Sequence record: SRR22947727_548
DNA length: 40,914 nt
Reading direction: 5' to 3' (one strand)
Position numbers and translations under genes: made by a program. Shown here piece after piece: positions 9,167 through 18,747 of the stretch. The stretch's first letter is position 1; each line of letters begins with the position of its first letter. The notes under the pieces were generated by a model. It saw only the letters and a list, made by a program, of their open reading frames with translations. It searched no databases and had not been told where the DNA came from.

Positions 9167-10504
9167 TCATTGTATGTTTGTTATCTTTCCTTGTCCTTTG
9201 AAGAATGAACAGCCAACTTCACCAATTGTTCGGTAAAGCGCACGGTTGCCCAAAGTTCCCACACCAAATGGATTTCCGTTAGCGATACCATCCTCAAAGT
9301 ATTGAGTTGGTTTCATAACAGATAGCCACAAATGGTCTGTATCAAGGAAAAGCATATCACTTAGTTTGGTTGAAGCCGCACCTGTTGAAGTCATGTCTTT
9401 AACAGGAATCAATGGAATATCGTAGTAGGTTGCCACACGGAAACCAACTTCTTGTCCCTTTGTTCCACGAACCCCATTAACCGTAGGAACAATTTCCTTT
9501 CGGTCCATGAATCGCTCTTGGCTTTGCAATAGGTCAGCAAGGGCTTGAATGGTATCATATCCGGTTAGAATAACCTTTGGTGAACCACCAGCAAGTCGCA
9601 AGTTGCGAACCATGTTGTTTAGGAGAGTTAGCGTCAATTGACGAACATTTCCAGCAGTGTAATCAGTACCGAAATCAACTTCTGCATCAAGGAAAGAAGC
9701 GGCAGTAAATCGCTCACTGCCGTAAATCTTACCTAATGCGTTAGAAGCGGAGGTTGCATCAGTAGCAAGAACTCCATCATCAATTAGGAGTAATTCTGCT
9801 CTTGATGTGATAACCTTCAACAATGACGAATAGTTGTTTCCAATGTTAGGCATAGCGGCAACTTCACCGTAATGTTCCAAAGGCATAACAAGCATCTTGT
9901 TTTGAACTTCTGCGTGGTGCTTACCCATGTCTTCTCGCATTTGCGCTCGAATATCTCCAATTCCATCGTCAATTTGTGCCATTTCCATAGCAAGTTCGCT
10001 GAAATCGAATTGATGTGCAATGACCTTTGGACTCATGTTTAATTGAGCATAGGTTGGAGCAATTGGGCCTAATCCATCTTGTGCAGTTGAAAGGGCCGCA
10101 TTCTCAGGAACACCACCAATCATGTCTGCTCTTGGAGAATCTGAACCTAATTCAGCAAGGTTTTCTGTTCCGCTTGCATCAACAGTGAATAAGTTTCCAC
10201 TTCCACCAGCAGGTCGGCTCTTAAGAACTCGCCATCCACTCGAAGAATAGGGTCGCTTTGCAATCATTGATAGTGCGTTCACTTCTCGGTTTAGCATAGA
10301 CCAAACCTTTTGTCCATAAACGATGTTGTATAGTGCTGAAACATCACCAACGGCTGAACCGGACAATGCCGGAGAACCGTCGTGACCGGTATGAATACCG
10401 CCAACCATTCCTGCTTGCTTCAAAAGAGCATTACCAGCAGGTAAGTTGTTAATTCCGTATGTTTGTGCTTCTAAATCTCGTATTGTGTTAATATATCCTG
10501 TCAT
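9167..10504 (-). CDS. Major capsid protein (HK97 fold)
   Basis: 445 aa directly after the protease/scaffold. GGVPENAA, PKVIAHQFDFSE, GGSPKVILT, YYDIPLIP and GQGKITNI segments match archaeal head-tail virus MCP style; AGGTGA RBS. Confidence 0.9.
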   Translation of the reverse strand: MTGYINTIRDLEAQTYGINNLPAGNALLKQAGMVGGIHTGHDGSPALSGSAVGDVSALYNIVYGQKVWSMLNREVNALSMIAKRPYSSSGWRVLKSRPAGGSGNLFTVDASGTENLAELGSDSPRADMIGGVPENAALSTAQDGLGPIAPTYAQLNMSPKVIAHQFDFSELAMEMAQIDDGIGDIRAQMREDMGKHHAEVQNKMLVMPLEHYGEVAAMPNIGNNYSSLLKVITSRAELLLIDDGVLATDATSASNALGKIYGSERFTAASFLDAEVDFGTDYTAGNVRQLTLTLLNNMVRNLRLAGGSPKVILTGYDTIQALADLLQSQERFMDRKEIVPTVNGVRGTKGQEVGFRVATYYDIPLIPVKDMTSTGAASTKLSDMLFLDTDHLWLSVMKPTQYFEDGIANGNPFGVGTLGNRALYRTIGEVGCSFFKGQGKITNIQ

Positions 10505-10516
10505 CTTAAATCACCT

Positions 10517-11752
10517 TCAAATGTTGTTCACCATCTTATGAATGTCGGACCATTCCATTTCTGCAAGGTCGTTCATTGATGGGAGGGTAATAGTTGATTC
10601 TTCTTGAGCCTTAATGATTGAATCCTTCTCGGCTGTCAAAGACTTTCGCAATTGAGTAAATTCTTCCTTAAGAGAAGAAATTTCACTTGCAGCATCATAT
10701 TGTGACTTTGCAAGAATGTTCTCACGGTTGTTGCGTTCCGAAGCAAATCGGGACTCAAAGGACTTTCGGAGGTTATCGTAAGCAAGTGCTTCGAGTTGTT
10801 CCTCACGGAAAGCGGCGTAAGCCTTTTCAATGTTTGAATTGCTCAAATCAAGAGAATCAAATTCATTGTTGTTGAATGCCTTAACAACAGGCATATCCGA
10901 AGAAGTTGGCTTACCGTTGTTAATCACGATTCGGTCAGCAGGTTCTCCAATTTGGTTTCCTGCGCCATCAAGAGTACGAAGGTATGCTTTGTCTGCTCCT
11001 TCATATTGTTGATATTCGGAAGATTCCATTGTTTCTTCTTCTTCTTCATCATCAGCCATTTCAGAATAATCTCCTGCTTCCTTTTCTGGCATTCGTGGAT
11101 TATCCATCATTTCGTCTGCTGATTCCTTCATATTATCGTCGTCTTCTTCCTTACGAAGCATATTAACTTCTTCGAGAAGAGTATCTAACTCGCTCAGTGC
11201 TTTTTCTAATTTTTCGCTCATTTTTTCACTTCCTATATCTTGTTTTAAAATATCGAATTTCGCTTCGGGGTTAATTCCTTTTTCGCATATTGTCACTTCA
11301 TGGAGTTCTAACTTACTTATTTCGTTATATTCCCCTAATTCGTTGTGGCTTTTCTTTACTTTTTGTAATGCCTGTCCACCAATACTAAATGACCTTAATG
11401 ACCCTTTGCGAATGTTTCTTCCTACTTCTTTTGCTTTTTCAATGTCGTCCCTTAATTTAATTACAACAAAGAATCCCACATCATCTACTTCGGATTTCCA
11501 TAATTTTCCGTTTTTATCTCTATATGAATCAACAACTTCTCCAACTTGAACATTTGAATGATTTGTCATTACATTTCTAAACTTTGAGTCTTCCATAAAC
11601 TTTTTTACTGATTCTTGTAATGCTTTTAATGTAATCAAATCGTTTTGTTTATCCACGATTTCAATGCTTGCATATCCTCCAATCATCAAGTCGTCACTGC
11701 CCTTTAGAATGGTGAAATCATCATTCCTTGTTGCCATAACGCTTGTAGCCAT
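10517..11752 (-). CDS. HK97-type prohead protease fused to an acidic scaffold domain
   Basis: IGGYAS..IVDKQND, catalytic H (TNHS), S (SFSIGG) and HEVTIC...NPEA motifs, followed by an acidic coiled-coil region. ATG at 11752 follows GAGG. Confidence 0.9.
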   Translation of the reverse strand: MATSVMATRNDDFTILKGSDDLMIGGYASIEIVDKQNDLITLKALQESVKKFMEDSKFRNVMTNHSNVQVGEVVDSYRDKNGKLWKSEVDDVGFFVVIKLRDDIEKAKEVGRNIRKGSLRSFSIGGQALQKVKKSHNELGEYNEISKLELHEVTICEKGINPEAKFDILKQDIGSEKMSEKLEKALSELDTLLEEVNMLRKEEDDDNMKESADEMMDNPRMPEKEAGDYSEMADDEEEEETMESSEYQQYEGADKAYLRTLDGAGNQIGEPADRIVINNGKPTSSDMPVVKAFNNNEFDSLDLSNSNIEKAYAAFREEQLEALAYDNLRKSFESRFASERNNRENILAKSQYDAASEISSLKEEFTQLRKSLTAEKDSIIKAQEESTITLPSMNDLAEMEWSDIHKMVNNI

Positions 11753-11781
11753 GTTCCTCAAACGCTCCTACTCACTTTGAG

Positions 11782-11792
11782 TATATAATAGA
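11782..11792 (-). promoter_or_regulatory. Candidate archaeal TATA box (TATTATATAC) for the protease-MCP transcript
   Basis: Located in the intergenic gap about 30 nt upstream of the protease start. Confidence 0.4.
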
Positions 11793-11798
11793 CTCGCA

Positions 11799-14321
11799 TT
11801 ATTTCTTCGGAAGGGGCAATTTGTTATGCCTATCTTCATAAATATTCCATAATCCAGCATCTTCTTTTTCATCAGCAGGGCTTTGTTTATATCCGGACCA
11901 TGCTAACCACATATCCTTATTATCTACCTTTATCTTTCTTATGTTAAATTTAGTTTCAAATTTATTTCCTTCCAAGAAATACTCATGATAACCATGTTTT
12001 TGCACTCCTAACCTAACTTTACCTTCATCAATGATTTTTCTCTTAGATATGTTATTCGCCACCATAGCAGGGAATTTACCTGCTTTACCAAACAACTCAA
12101 ATATATCACCATCGTCTTCTAAATCAATTAACCAATTAATTGATTCATCTTTTAGTTTAATAACTAGATTTAAATTATCATCATCTCTTAGATATAATTT
12201 AAAATCACCTTGTTGATATTCCTTTGGTGTTTTATATTCCTTAAGAATATCGCTTTCTTGCATTATCTTATCATCTTCAGCATAAAGTTTCTTAGTCTTT
12301 TCATCATAAGAAATACCATCTCTTTGTTTCATCCAATCTTTAAGTTTATCAAACTTACTTTCAAGAATGTCTTCGTATAACTCTTTATGGTTTTTAACTA
12401 AATAATTATGTAGTTCTTTGATTGTTTTTGGTCCGGTTGTCTTCATGTGTTGAAAACCAGCAACAGTCAATCGAGATTGCTTAGTTTTCATAATTTCTTC
12501 CGCTTGTGTTTTCCAAAGGTCTAAATCAACTAATGCGTTTTTAGCCATAAGATTATTTTCTTCAAAACCATAAATAATAAATCCATCCATATCTCCTTTA
12601 ATTAAAATTGAAGCCTCACCGTGAATATGGTCTGTGATTTGAATACCTTTTTCCAATGCTTCAACCTTGTAATTTAATTCCTTTTTCTCATCACTTGCTA
12701 ACAGTTCAAGAGTAATCACTTTGTCTGGGTGTCGTGCTTCAGGTATCTCAATGACCTTAGCAGAATTGACAATAAAGCGTTCCCCATCTTTCTTTACGCT
12801 GTCTATTTTGACCCGTACTATGCTTCCTAAGTCAGCAGATATTTTGGTGTTAAGAGCCTTTCCAACAACCATATATGTTTTACCTTCCATATCTTGATAG
12901 TTCTTACCTTCGCCTTCTATTGGTCCTGCTCCTAATGTATAAGAATAATTGCCATTAGATGATTTTTTATCCAATACTTTTAAATCTAAATCAACAAAAT
13001 TCTTCCACTTAATCCATTTAGGATTCTTTTTTGTTCCGACATAATAGGTTGAAGTGGAATCTTTGATAACAACCCCTTCTGCGGTTGGCATATCCATAAT
13101 AGTCTTCGAGTATTCTTCTATGTCTTTGATTGAATCTGCTAAACGAGTATCTTTCTTTGAAGGGAAAGTAAGCATCTCACTAGAATGAATAGAATAATTA
13201 TTAAACATTAATTGCATTCTTTGGTCTAGTCTATCTTCAAGTAATGACTTCTCATTATGTCTTAATAAATCAAACATATGCATTTTTAATGTTCCTTCTG
13301 AATCTTCTTTATCAAAAAGATGAGAAATTGTTTTTGCTCTATTTTGTGCTTCATCCCCATTAAAAAGAATCAAAGAACCATCTAATATGCAATCTCCAAA
13401 ATGTTTCTTTTCCATTTCTTTAACTTGTTCTTTACATTTGGAGGTAATGTCTTTTTTATCGAAGGTATAAATTTTTATTTTTTTATCAATTTTATGCAGT
13501 TGTATTCTTAAACCATCGTATTTTTCTTGAACATAATATTCTCCACTGAATCCCTTAAGTTCATTCATATCTTCAATATCGAAAATTCTATACATTGGTT
13601 TATTAGGAATAATAAAATCACTTTGGGCTTTTTCTTCTGTGGATTTTTCTTCTTTTGATTTCTTAACAGGTAAGCCTTCTATTTCCTCAAGTTCTTCCCA
13701 ATTATCTTTATCATTCTTTGATAAGAAAATTAATTCTAATATAGACATGGCTGCCTTTACTTTAGATTTAACTTTGTTTGAGTCTTTTCCATCACCATAA
13801 TGCTCGATAATATAGAGGTCTATGTCGTCCACTTCTAGGTCAAGTCCCTTAAGACCCCCCGTAATATCGTCGGGTTCTATGTCTTTAACCGAGTAAATGT
13901 CAGGAGATAGCGTTTTATCATCTACCCTTATAGCATAGTGCAAAAATTTAACCATATTCCCTGTTGAAGATAGCAATGCTTCAAGGACATTACCTTTAAA
14001 CTTTTTAGCAAAGGGGTCGTCTATTGATTCAGACGAATAGCGTAATGATTTAATGCCTTCAAATATTTTTTCTGCATTTTGAGATTGGGGGTCTTTTACA
14101 TCATCTGCTTCTAAATCTGAATTATCAATAAAATTTTTTAATTCATTAGATAGTGCATTAGAATCTTCATAACTCTCAATTAAATTATCAATAGCACTTC
14201 TCCATTTAGAACCGTACTCCTTTGGGTCGGTTCGTGCAGAAAGATAAGCCACTCTTATTTTTTCAAATAAGCGAACAATTTCATCAGATGTGGTCTTATC
14301 CTTTTCTAAAAGGTAAGCCAT
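11799..14321 (-). CDS. ATP-dependent DNA ligase-like multidomain protein
   Basis: Motif I QEKYDGLR, III ILDGS, IIIa MFDLL, IV EGVVIKD, V WIKWK, then an OB-like region. Extra N- and C-terminal domains are present. Confidence 0.85.
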   Translation of the reverse strand: MAYLLEKDKTTSDEIVRLFEKIRVAYLSARTDPKEYGSKWRSAIDNLIESYEDSNALSNELKNFIDNSDLEADDVKDPQSQNAEKIFEGIKSLRYSSESIDDPFAKKFKGNVLEALLSSTGNMVKFLHYAIRVDDKTLSPDIYSVKDIEPDDITGGLKGLDLEVDDIDLYIIEHYGDGKDSNKVKSKVKAAMSILELIFLSKNDKDNWEELEEIEGLPVKKSKEEKSTEEKAQSDFIIPNKPMYRIFDIEDMNELKGFSGEYYVQEKYDGLRIQLHKIDKKIKIYTFDKKDITSKCKEQVKEMEKKHFGDCILDGSLILFNGDEAQNRAKTISHLFDKEDSEGTLKMHMFDLLRHNEKSLLEDRLDQRMQLMFNNYSIHSSEMLTFPSKKDTRLADSIKDIEEYSKTIMDMPTAEGVVIKDSTSTYYVGTKKNPKWIKWKNFVDLDLKVLDKKSSNGNYSYTLGAGPIEGEGKNYQDMEGKTYMVVGKALNTKISADLGSIVRVKIDSVKKDGERFIVNSAKVIEIPEARHPDKVITLELLASDEKKELNYKVEALEKGIQITDHIHGEASILIKGDMDGFIIYGFEENNLMAKNALVDLDLWKTQAEEIMKTKQSRLTVAGFQHMKTTGPKTIKELHNYLVKNHKELYEDILESKFDKLKDWMKQRDGISYDEKTKKLYAEDDKIMQESDILKEYKTPKEYQQGDFKLYLRDDDNLNLVIKLKDESINWLIDLEDDGDIFELFGKAGKFPAMVANNISKRKIIDEGKVRLGVQKHGYHEYFLEGNKFETKFNIRKIKVDNKDMWLAWSGYKQSPADEKEDAGLWNIYEDRHNKLPLPKK

Positions 14322-14326
14322 TCAAA

Positions 14327-14557
14327 TCACTCTTTCTTGACTTTACCGCTTGTAAAACTTTCTCCGGCTAAACCATACCCTTCCTTCTTTCGGGTTTGAT
14401 TTGTAATCTTTGATGCGTCTTGTACCTTTGGTCGTTTAATCTTTTCAACAGTAGGCATTTCATCCTTTGTTAATCCATCACGAAGGGCTTTGACTTCTCT
14501 TGCTTTTTGAATAGTTAATTCAATTATTTTTTCTTCTCTTGTCACTTTTTCTGGCAT
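14327..14557 (-). CDS. Small basic hypothetical protein
   Basis: Likely start is ATG 14557 (MPEKVTREEK), overlapping the upstream stop by 1 nt. Confidence 0.6.
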   Translation of the reverse strand: MPEKVTREEKIIELTIQKAREVKALRDGLTKDEMPTVEKIKRPKVQDASKITNQTRKKEGYGLAGESFTSGKVKKE

Positions 14558-14796
14558 TATTGTCCACCTACCTTTTCGACCATTTTGTGAATATCGGACC
14601 ATTCCATGCTTCCAACATCACCAACGGATGAAGAACCAACTCCACCGTTATTCATTTTTGGACTTGGGCTTTGGGCAACAACTAAGCCAGACTTCATCAA
14701 TAAATTATCTTGATGATAAACAGTCTTTTCTAAATTTTCAATCTTTTCTGTTAATGCCTTTAGAATGGCAAGTAATTCAACATTTTGGTCAGTCAC
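14557..14796 (-). CDS. Small coiled-coil protein carrying the scaffold C-terminal motif MEWSDIHKMV
   Basis: 79 aa with an exact 10-residue match to the protease/scaffold C-terminus. Confidence 0.75.
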   Translation of the reverse strand: MTDQNVELLAILKALTEKIENLEKTVYHQDNLLMKSGLVVAQSPSPKMNNGGVGSSSVGDVGSMEWSDIHKMVEKVGGQ

Positions 14797-15161
14797 TTCT
14801 CATCACCTTTTTTCTTCTTAGGATAAACTAAATCTCTCAATTGCCGGTATAGCAACTCATAGTCCTTACGAAGTTCAGTAGCAGAAGCCACTATATCAAT
14901 GTTCCTTTCATCCATTGATTTCATTTTTTTATTCAACTTACTATCATCTTTAACCAATTGTAAATCTTTAAGAACATCAATTAACACACCCATTTGAGTA
15001 AAGTCCTTTCCGAAAAATTCAGTCGGTTGTGCTGATTGCAATACCTTCTTAAGTCGCTTTCGTTGTTTAGGATTCAAAGAATCAAGCAACTTCTTTGGCA
15101 CTTGTTTCTTCTCACCCTTGAGGATAATATCCTTTCCTTCTTCATAATAATCCCATGTCAT
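14793..15161 (-). CDS. Hypothetical protein with WDYY...ILK N-terminal tag variant
   Basis: 122 aa starting MTWDYYEEGKDIILKG; ATGA overlap. Confidence 0.75.
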   Translation of the reverse strand: MTWDYYEEGKDIILKGEKKQVPKKLLDSLNPKQRKRLKKVLQSAQPTEFFGKDFTQMGVLIDVLKDLQLVKDDSKLNKKMKSMDERNIDIVASATELRKDYELLYRQLRDLVYPKKKKGDEK

Positions 15162-18100
15162 TCTTCTTCACCTTGCTGTTCTAATAATACCTTTAATCTT
15201 TTTTCTATTTTCTTATGTAAGTTGTTAATTTTTTTATCTAAGTTTTCAACTTCAGTTGTTAATTTTTTATAATCGGAATATACATCAATACATATTTTAA
15301 AATTATTTTGCATCAGTTCTAAAAAAAGACCCTCATGTTGAACCTTTCCATCAATTAAAACATCAACATAACTAAAAGATATTCCTTCTTTTGGTCTATA
15401 TTCAATAGTTTTTTTATTAGCGTCACTTAATTTAATATACTGATTAAGTGAAAGCATTTTTGCTGGTTTTGTTGCAACTACTATCTTATTACCTTCTTCA
15501 TCCTTCGGACCAAACTCTTTTTCTGGACTCCAAAAACCAGATGATTTAAATTCTATACTTCCAAATTCTTTTACTTTGGATAATTTCTTAAGTTCTTCTA
15601 GAATTACTTTTTCAAATCTAATTAAGGTTTCTTCATGTTTAGTCACAATCTTTTGTTGCCGTTCTATTAATTGTGGATTGGTCAATTCTTCTAAATTACC
15701 AGAACCATCAACTACAAAAACTCCGCCTTCTTCTTCAGGTATTTTTCTACTTTGTGCTCTATAAAGTTCAATTAAGCGATAAGGTACTCTATTCATAATA
15801 TCAACCTTACTTAAGTCATTAGTTATTGTTCTCCAAGTGTTTTTCATGGCTTCTAATAAGAAATTTTCATTAGTATCATTTAATTTATTAGATTGTATAA
15901 TATCGTTCAAAACTTCTGTTAATTTGGCTTCATCATTAGCCTTATTATAGAGAACATTAAATTCCACTTCTTCTCCTATTCGAATTTCAGTGGTTAATTC
16001 TTCAAGCATTTTTTTGGCAATAAATTTAGCATTTTTTAACTCATCATAGCCTTTTTCTTTTTTTGGTGCAGATAACTTATCTAATTTAATTTTATCATTA
16101 ATATATCTGTCAGTGAGTTTTGAATATTGGTCTTTCATCCCGTTAATTTTATTTGAAACATCAGATATAATCTTCATAGATTCTTCAATATCTTTAGAGT
16201 TAATCTGTTCTAATATTTCATCTAATTGTTTTTCTTTACTCTCTTTAATTTTAATAAATTCGTTTTTTATGCGAGGTAAATCACGCACCTTTTTCTTTTC
16301 AGTTAGCAGTTCTTTCAAAAAGGAATAGTAATCTTTTATGCTTTGAATATCTTCTTCGCTTGCCTCTATTTTTGCATCTTTCCCTTTTTTAGTACTTTTT
16401 GAAACTAAATCTTTAATTTTCATAAAAGCAAAAGATATACTGTCTTCAACTGTTGAATCATATTCTTTTACTGTAAATCCATAACTTCGTTTTTCACCAA
16501 TAGCAAGATTTTGAAGGAATAGTTTTCGGTCGGAGATTTGTTCTTCAACAATACTTTCAATGCTAGAAAGAGTTTGGAGTGGCAAAGTGAACGCTCTAGC
16601 CCCAAACTCTCTAACGGTAGGGGTTTTCCTTTTACTTTCCTTTAGTTTATCTAAAGCACTTCTTCCTCTTTTTCTTCTATCGGATGATGTTGCACTTATT
16701 CCTGCTAATTTTGAGCCTATGTCTTTGATAATATCCCTTATCTTAACTTCATCCTCTTTAGAATCTAAAACTTCTTTAATATTAGTCACAAGTGATTGTA
16801 AATTAGAAAAATCACTATGTTCATCTTTATTATAAGGGTATTTTCTTTCTACTAAATTAGCCTTTGGTCCTTTTCCTTTAATATCAAAACTAGTATAGTA
16901 TTTATTTTCTACTTCATTTTCTTCTGCCTTTCTAATAGAACCTTTGGGATTAACACGGCTTCTTCTTACTTTCTGCCTCCTATTGGCAAATACATCGCTT
17001 ATATTTCCCTGCCTTCTTTGTTCGGCTAAGTTTGCATCTCTTGTTGCTTCATAAAATCCCCGTTCTCTTTTGTCTTGTATTGCCTGTTGTCCTCTAAGTC
17101 TTTGCCGTTTTAGTCTTTCTCGGTAGTTGTCTTCTTCTGGTCTAGGCATTTTATCTTCTAGTTCTTTCCCAGAAATACCTCTTATTTTTTTAGATGGGTC
17201 TAATTGAATTCCCGGAGTTCTTTCACCAAATTCAGGATAATTTTGTTTTGCCGGCTCTACATCATCATCTATTCTTAATAATAAATCAATGATTAGTTTT
17301 TTATTTTTACCATCTAAAAACTTGACCATAGCATCTCTTTTATCTAGTCGCTTTAAGTCCTTTGATAGAATTTTAATGTCATTTTCTAATCCTTTGAAAA
17401 ATTTTAAAGTATTTTCGTTTATTTTACTAGTGGCTTTTCCGGGCTTTTTAACTGAAACTTCCTTAACTCTAGTCTTTCTTGCTTGAGTAAGTCTTTTATT
17501 TAATTCAGTTATTACATTTTCTATCTTTTCAAGACCACTCTCAATATTAGTATATTTTTTACCGAACTTTCTTTTAACGAATGTCCGAACAACACGCTTG
17601 ACGGCACTTAATTCAGAAATTAAATCATTGTATATTTTTTCCTGTGCAGAAAAACCGACAGTGTTGAGAAATTCTTTTAAGTTTCCAGAAACGGTTTCTT
17701 TACCACTCAAAACTGAAGAGATTGCTGAAGCCTCATCACCTTCTGCTGTTCCAATGTTATACTTACCCGCACCACTTGTTTTCGTCTGTCCTGCTAATTT
17801 TAAATATTTTTTATATTTTGGATTTTTGAGTATGTCATTTAACATATCAACTATCTTAACATCACCTTCTTCATCTAAGGTTGATAATATTGTTTTAAAT
17901 GAAACAGTTCTAGGTTTTGCTTTTCCTTTAGGAACAAGCGTTGGGATTTTATAGACATAAGGTAATTTACCTTCAAATTTTTGATTTCTTGCTCTCGTAA
18001 TTAACCTTTCCTTCAATGCATTTAATCTTTTAGATTCTTTACCTTCTAATTTATCTTTTGAATATAGTTCAGTAAATTCTTTACTAGCACCCTTACCCCA

Positions 18101-18508
18101 TTCTGGATTTAAATTAGCATATTTTATAGCGTTTAAGAAATCTATACTTGCTTTAGGTAATGGGTTTTTAGAAAGTTCAAATTTTAAATCATATTTCTTT
18201 TTTTCTGCTTCGCTTAGTTTTTTGAAAGCCTTTTCACGCTGTTGTATTCTTTTTTGTATTTTTTCAATTCTTTTTTGATATTCACCAAACTTGACCATTT
18301 CAGTATTAGGTAGTTTATAGAGTGAACCATCAGATATTTCTTCTTTTTTTCCTTCTTTATTTTCATAAAATTCTTCGGCACTAAGTATATCTCCATCGTC
18401 ATCATCCTTCTTTAAAATACTCTCATATTGAATAAATTCAATAAGGCACTTTATTAAATATTCAGGGTCATTCATCCTGTGGGATAAATGGGCTTTTAGA
18501 AACACCAA
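15158..18508 (-). CDS. Very large Lys/Glu-rich coiled-coil protein (candidate internal virion protein)
   Basis: 1116-aa ORF between portal and protease; begins MVFLKA. Confidence 0.75.
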   Translation of the reverse strand: MVFLKAHLSHRMNDPEYLIKCLIEFIQYESILKKDDDDGDILSAEEFYENKEGKKEEISDGSLYKLPNTEMVKFGEYQKRIEKIQKRIQQREKAFKKLSEAEKKKYDLKFELSKNPLPKASIDFLNAIKYANLNPEWGKGASKEFTELYSKDKLEGKESKRLNALKERLITRARNQKFEGKLPYVYKIPTLVPKGKAKPRTVSFKTILSTLDEEGDVKIVDMLNDILKNPKYKKYLKLAGQTKTSGAGKYNIGTAEGDEASAISSVLSGKETVSGNLKEFLNTVGFSAQEKIYNDLISELSAVKRVVRTFVKRKFGKKYTNIESGLEKIENVITELNKRLTQARKTRVKEVSVKKPGKATSKINENTLKFFKGLENDIKILSKDLKRLDKRDAMVKFLDGKNKKLIIDLLLRIDDDVEPAKQNYPEFGERTPGIQLDPSKKIRGISGKELEDKMPRPEEDNYRERLKRQRLRGQQAIQDKRERGFYEATRDANLAEQRRQGNISDVFANRRQKVRRSRVNPKGSIRKAEENEVENKYYTSFDIKGKGPKANLVERKYPYNKDEHSDFSNLQSLVTNIKEVLDSKEDEVKIRDIIKDIGSKLAGISATSSDRRKRGRSALDKLKESKRKTPTVREFGARAFTLPLQTLSSIESIVEEQISDRKLFLQNLAIGEKRSYGFTVKEYDSTVEDSISFAFMKIKDLVSKSTKKGKDAKIEASEEDIQSIKDYYSFLKELLTEKKKVRDLPRIKNEFIKIKESKEKQLDEILEQINSKDIEESMKIISDVSNKINGMKDQYSKLTDRYINDKIKLDKLSAPKKEKGYDELKNAKFIAKKMLEELTTEIRIGEEVEFNVLYNKANDEAKLTEVLNDIIQSNKLNDTNENFLLEAMKNTWRTITNDLSKVDIMNRVPYRLIELYRAQSRKIPEEEGGVFVVDGSGNLEELTNPQLIERQQKIVTKHEETLIRFEKVILEELKKLSKVKEFGSIEFKSSGFWSPEKEFGPKDEEGNKIVVATKPAKMLSLNQYIKLSDANKKTIEYRPKEGISFSYVDVLIDGKVQHEGLFLELMQNNFKICIDVYSDYKKLTTEVENLDKKINNLHKKIEKRLKVLLEQQGEEE

Positions 18509-18518
18509 TTAAATCAAC

Positions 18519-18746
18519 TCAAAAAGGAATGTTTTCTTTCTTACCACGACGCTTCGATGGCGGTAGAATAACATCAGGAACATCATTTGAAGTTCTTGTT
18601 GCCTTATGAGTAGTATCTGGTGGTAATCCACCAACTGAAAAATCACGGTTCTTTGTAGTCGTTCTTCTTTCAGCCGAATTTTGTGACCTAACTCTAGCCA
18701 ATTCCTTCTTCAATCGTATTTCTTTTTGTTTTAAATCTTCTGTCAT
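18519..18746 (-). CDS. Small basic hypothetical protein
   Basis: Likely start is ATG 18746 (MTEDLKQK), right after the portal stop. Confidence 0.6.
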   Translation of the reverse strand: MTEDLKQKEIRLKKELARVRSQNSAERRTTTKNRDFSVGGLPPDTTHKATRTSNDVPDVILPPSKRRGKKENIPF

Positions 18747-18747
18747 A

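Noticed and set aside
15158-18508. Tape measure or SMC/Rad50 call for the 1116-aa protein
   Set aside because: It is in the wrong location for a tape measure and lacks A/G-rich repeats or TM segments; it has no Walker A or signature motif.
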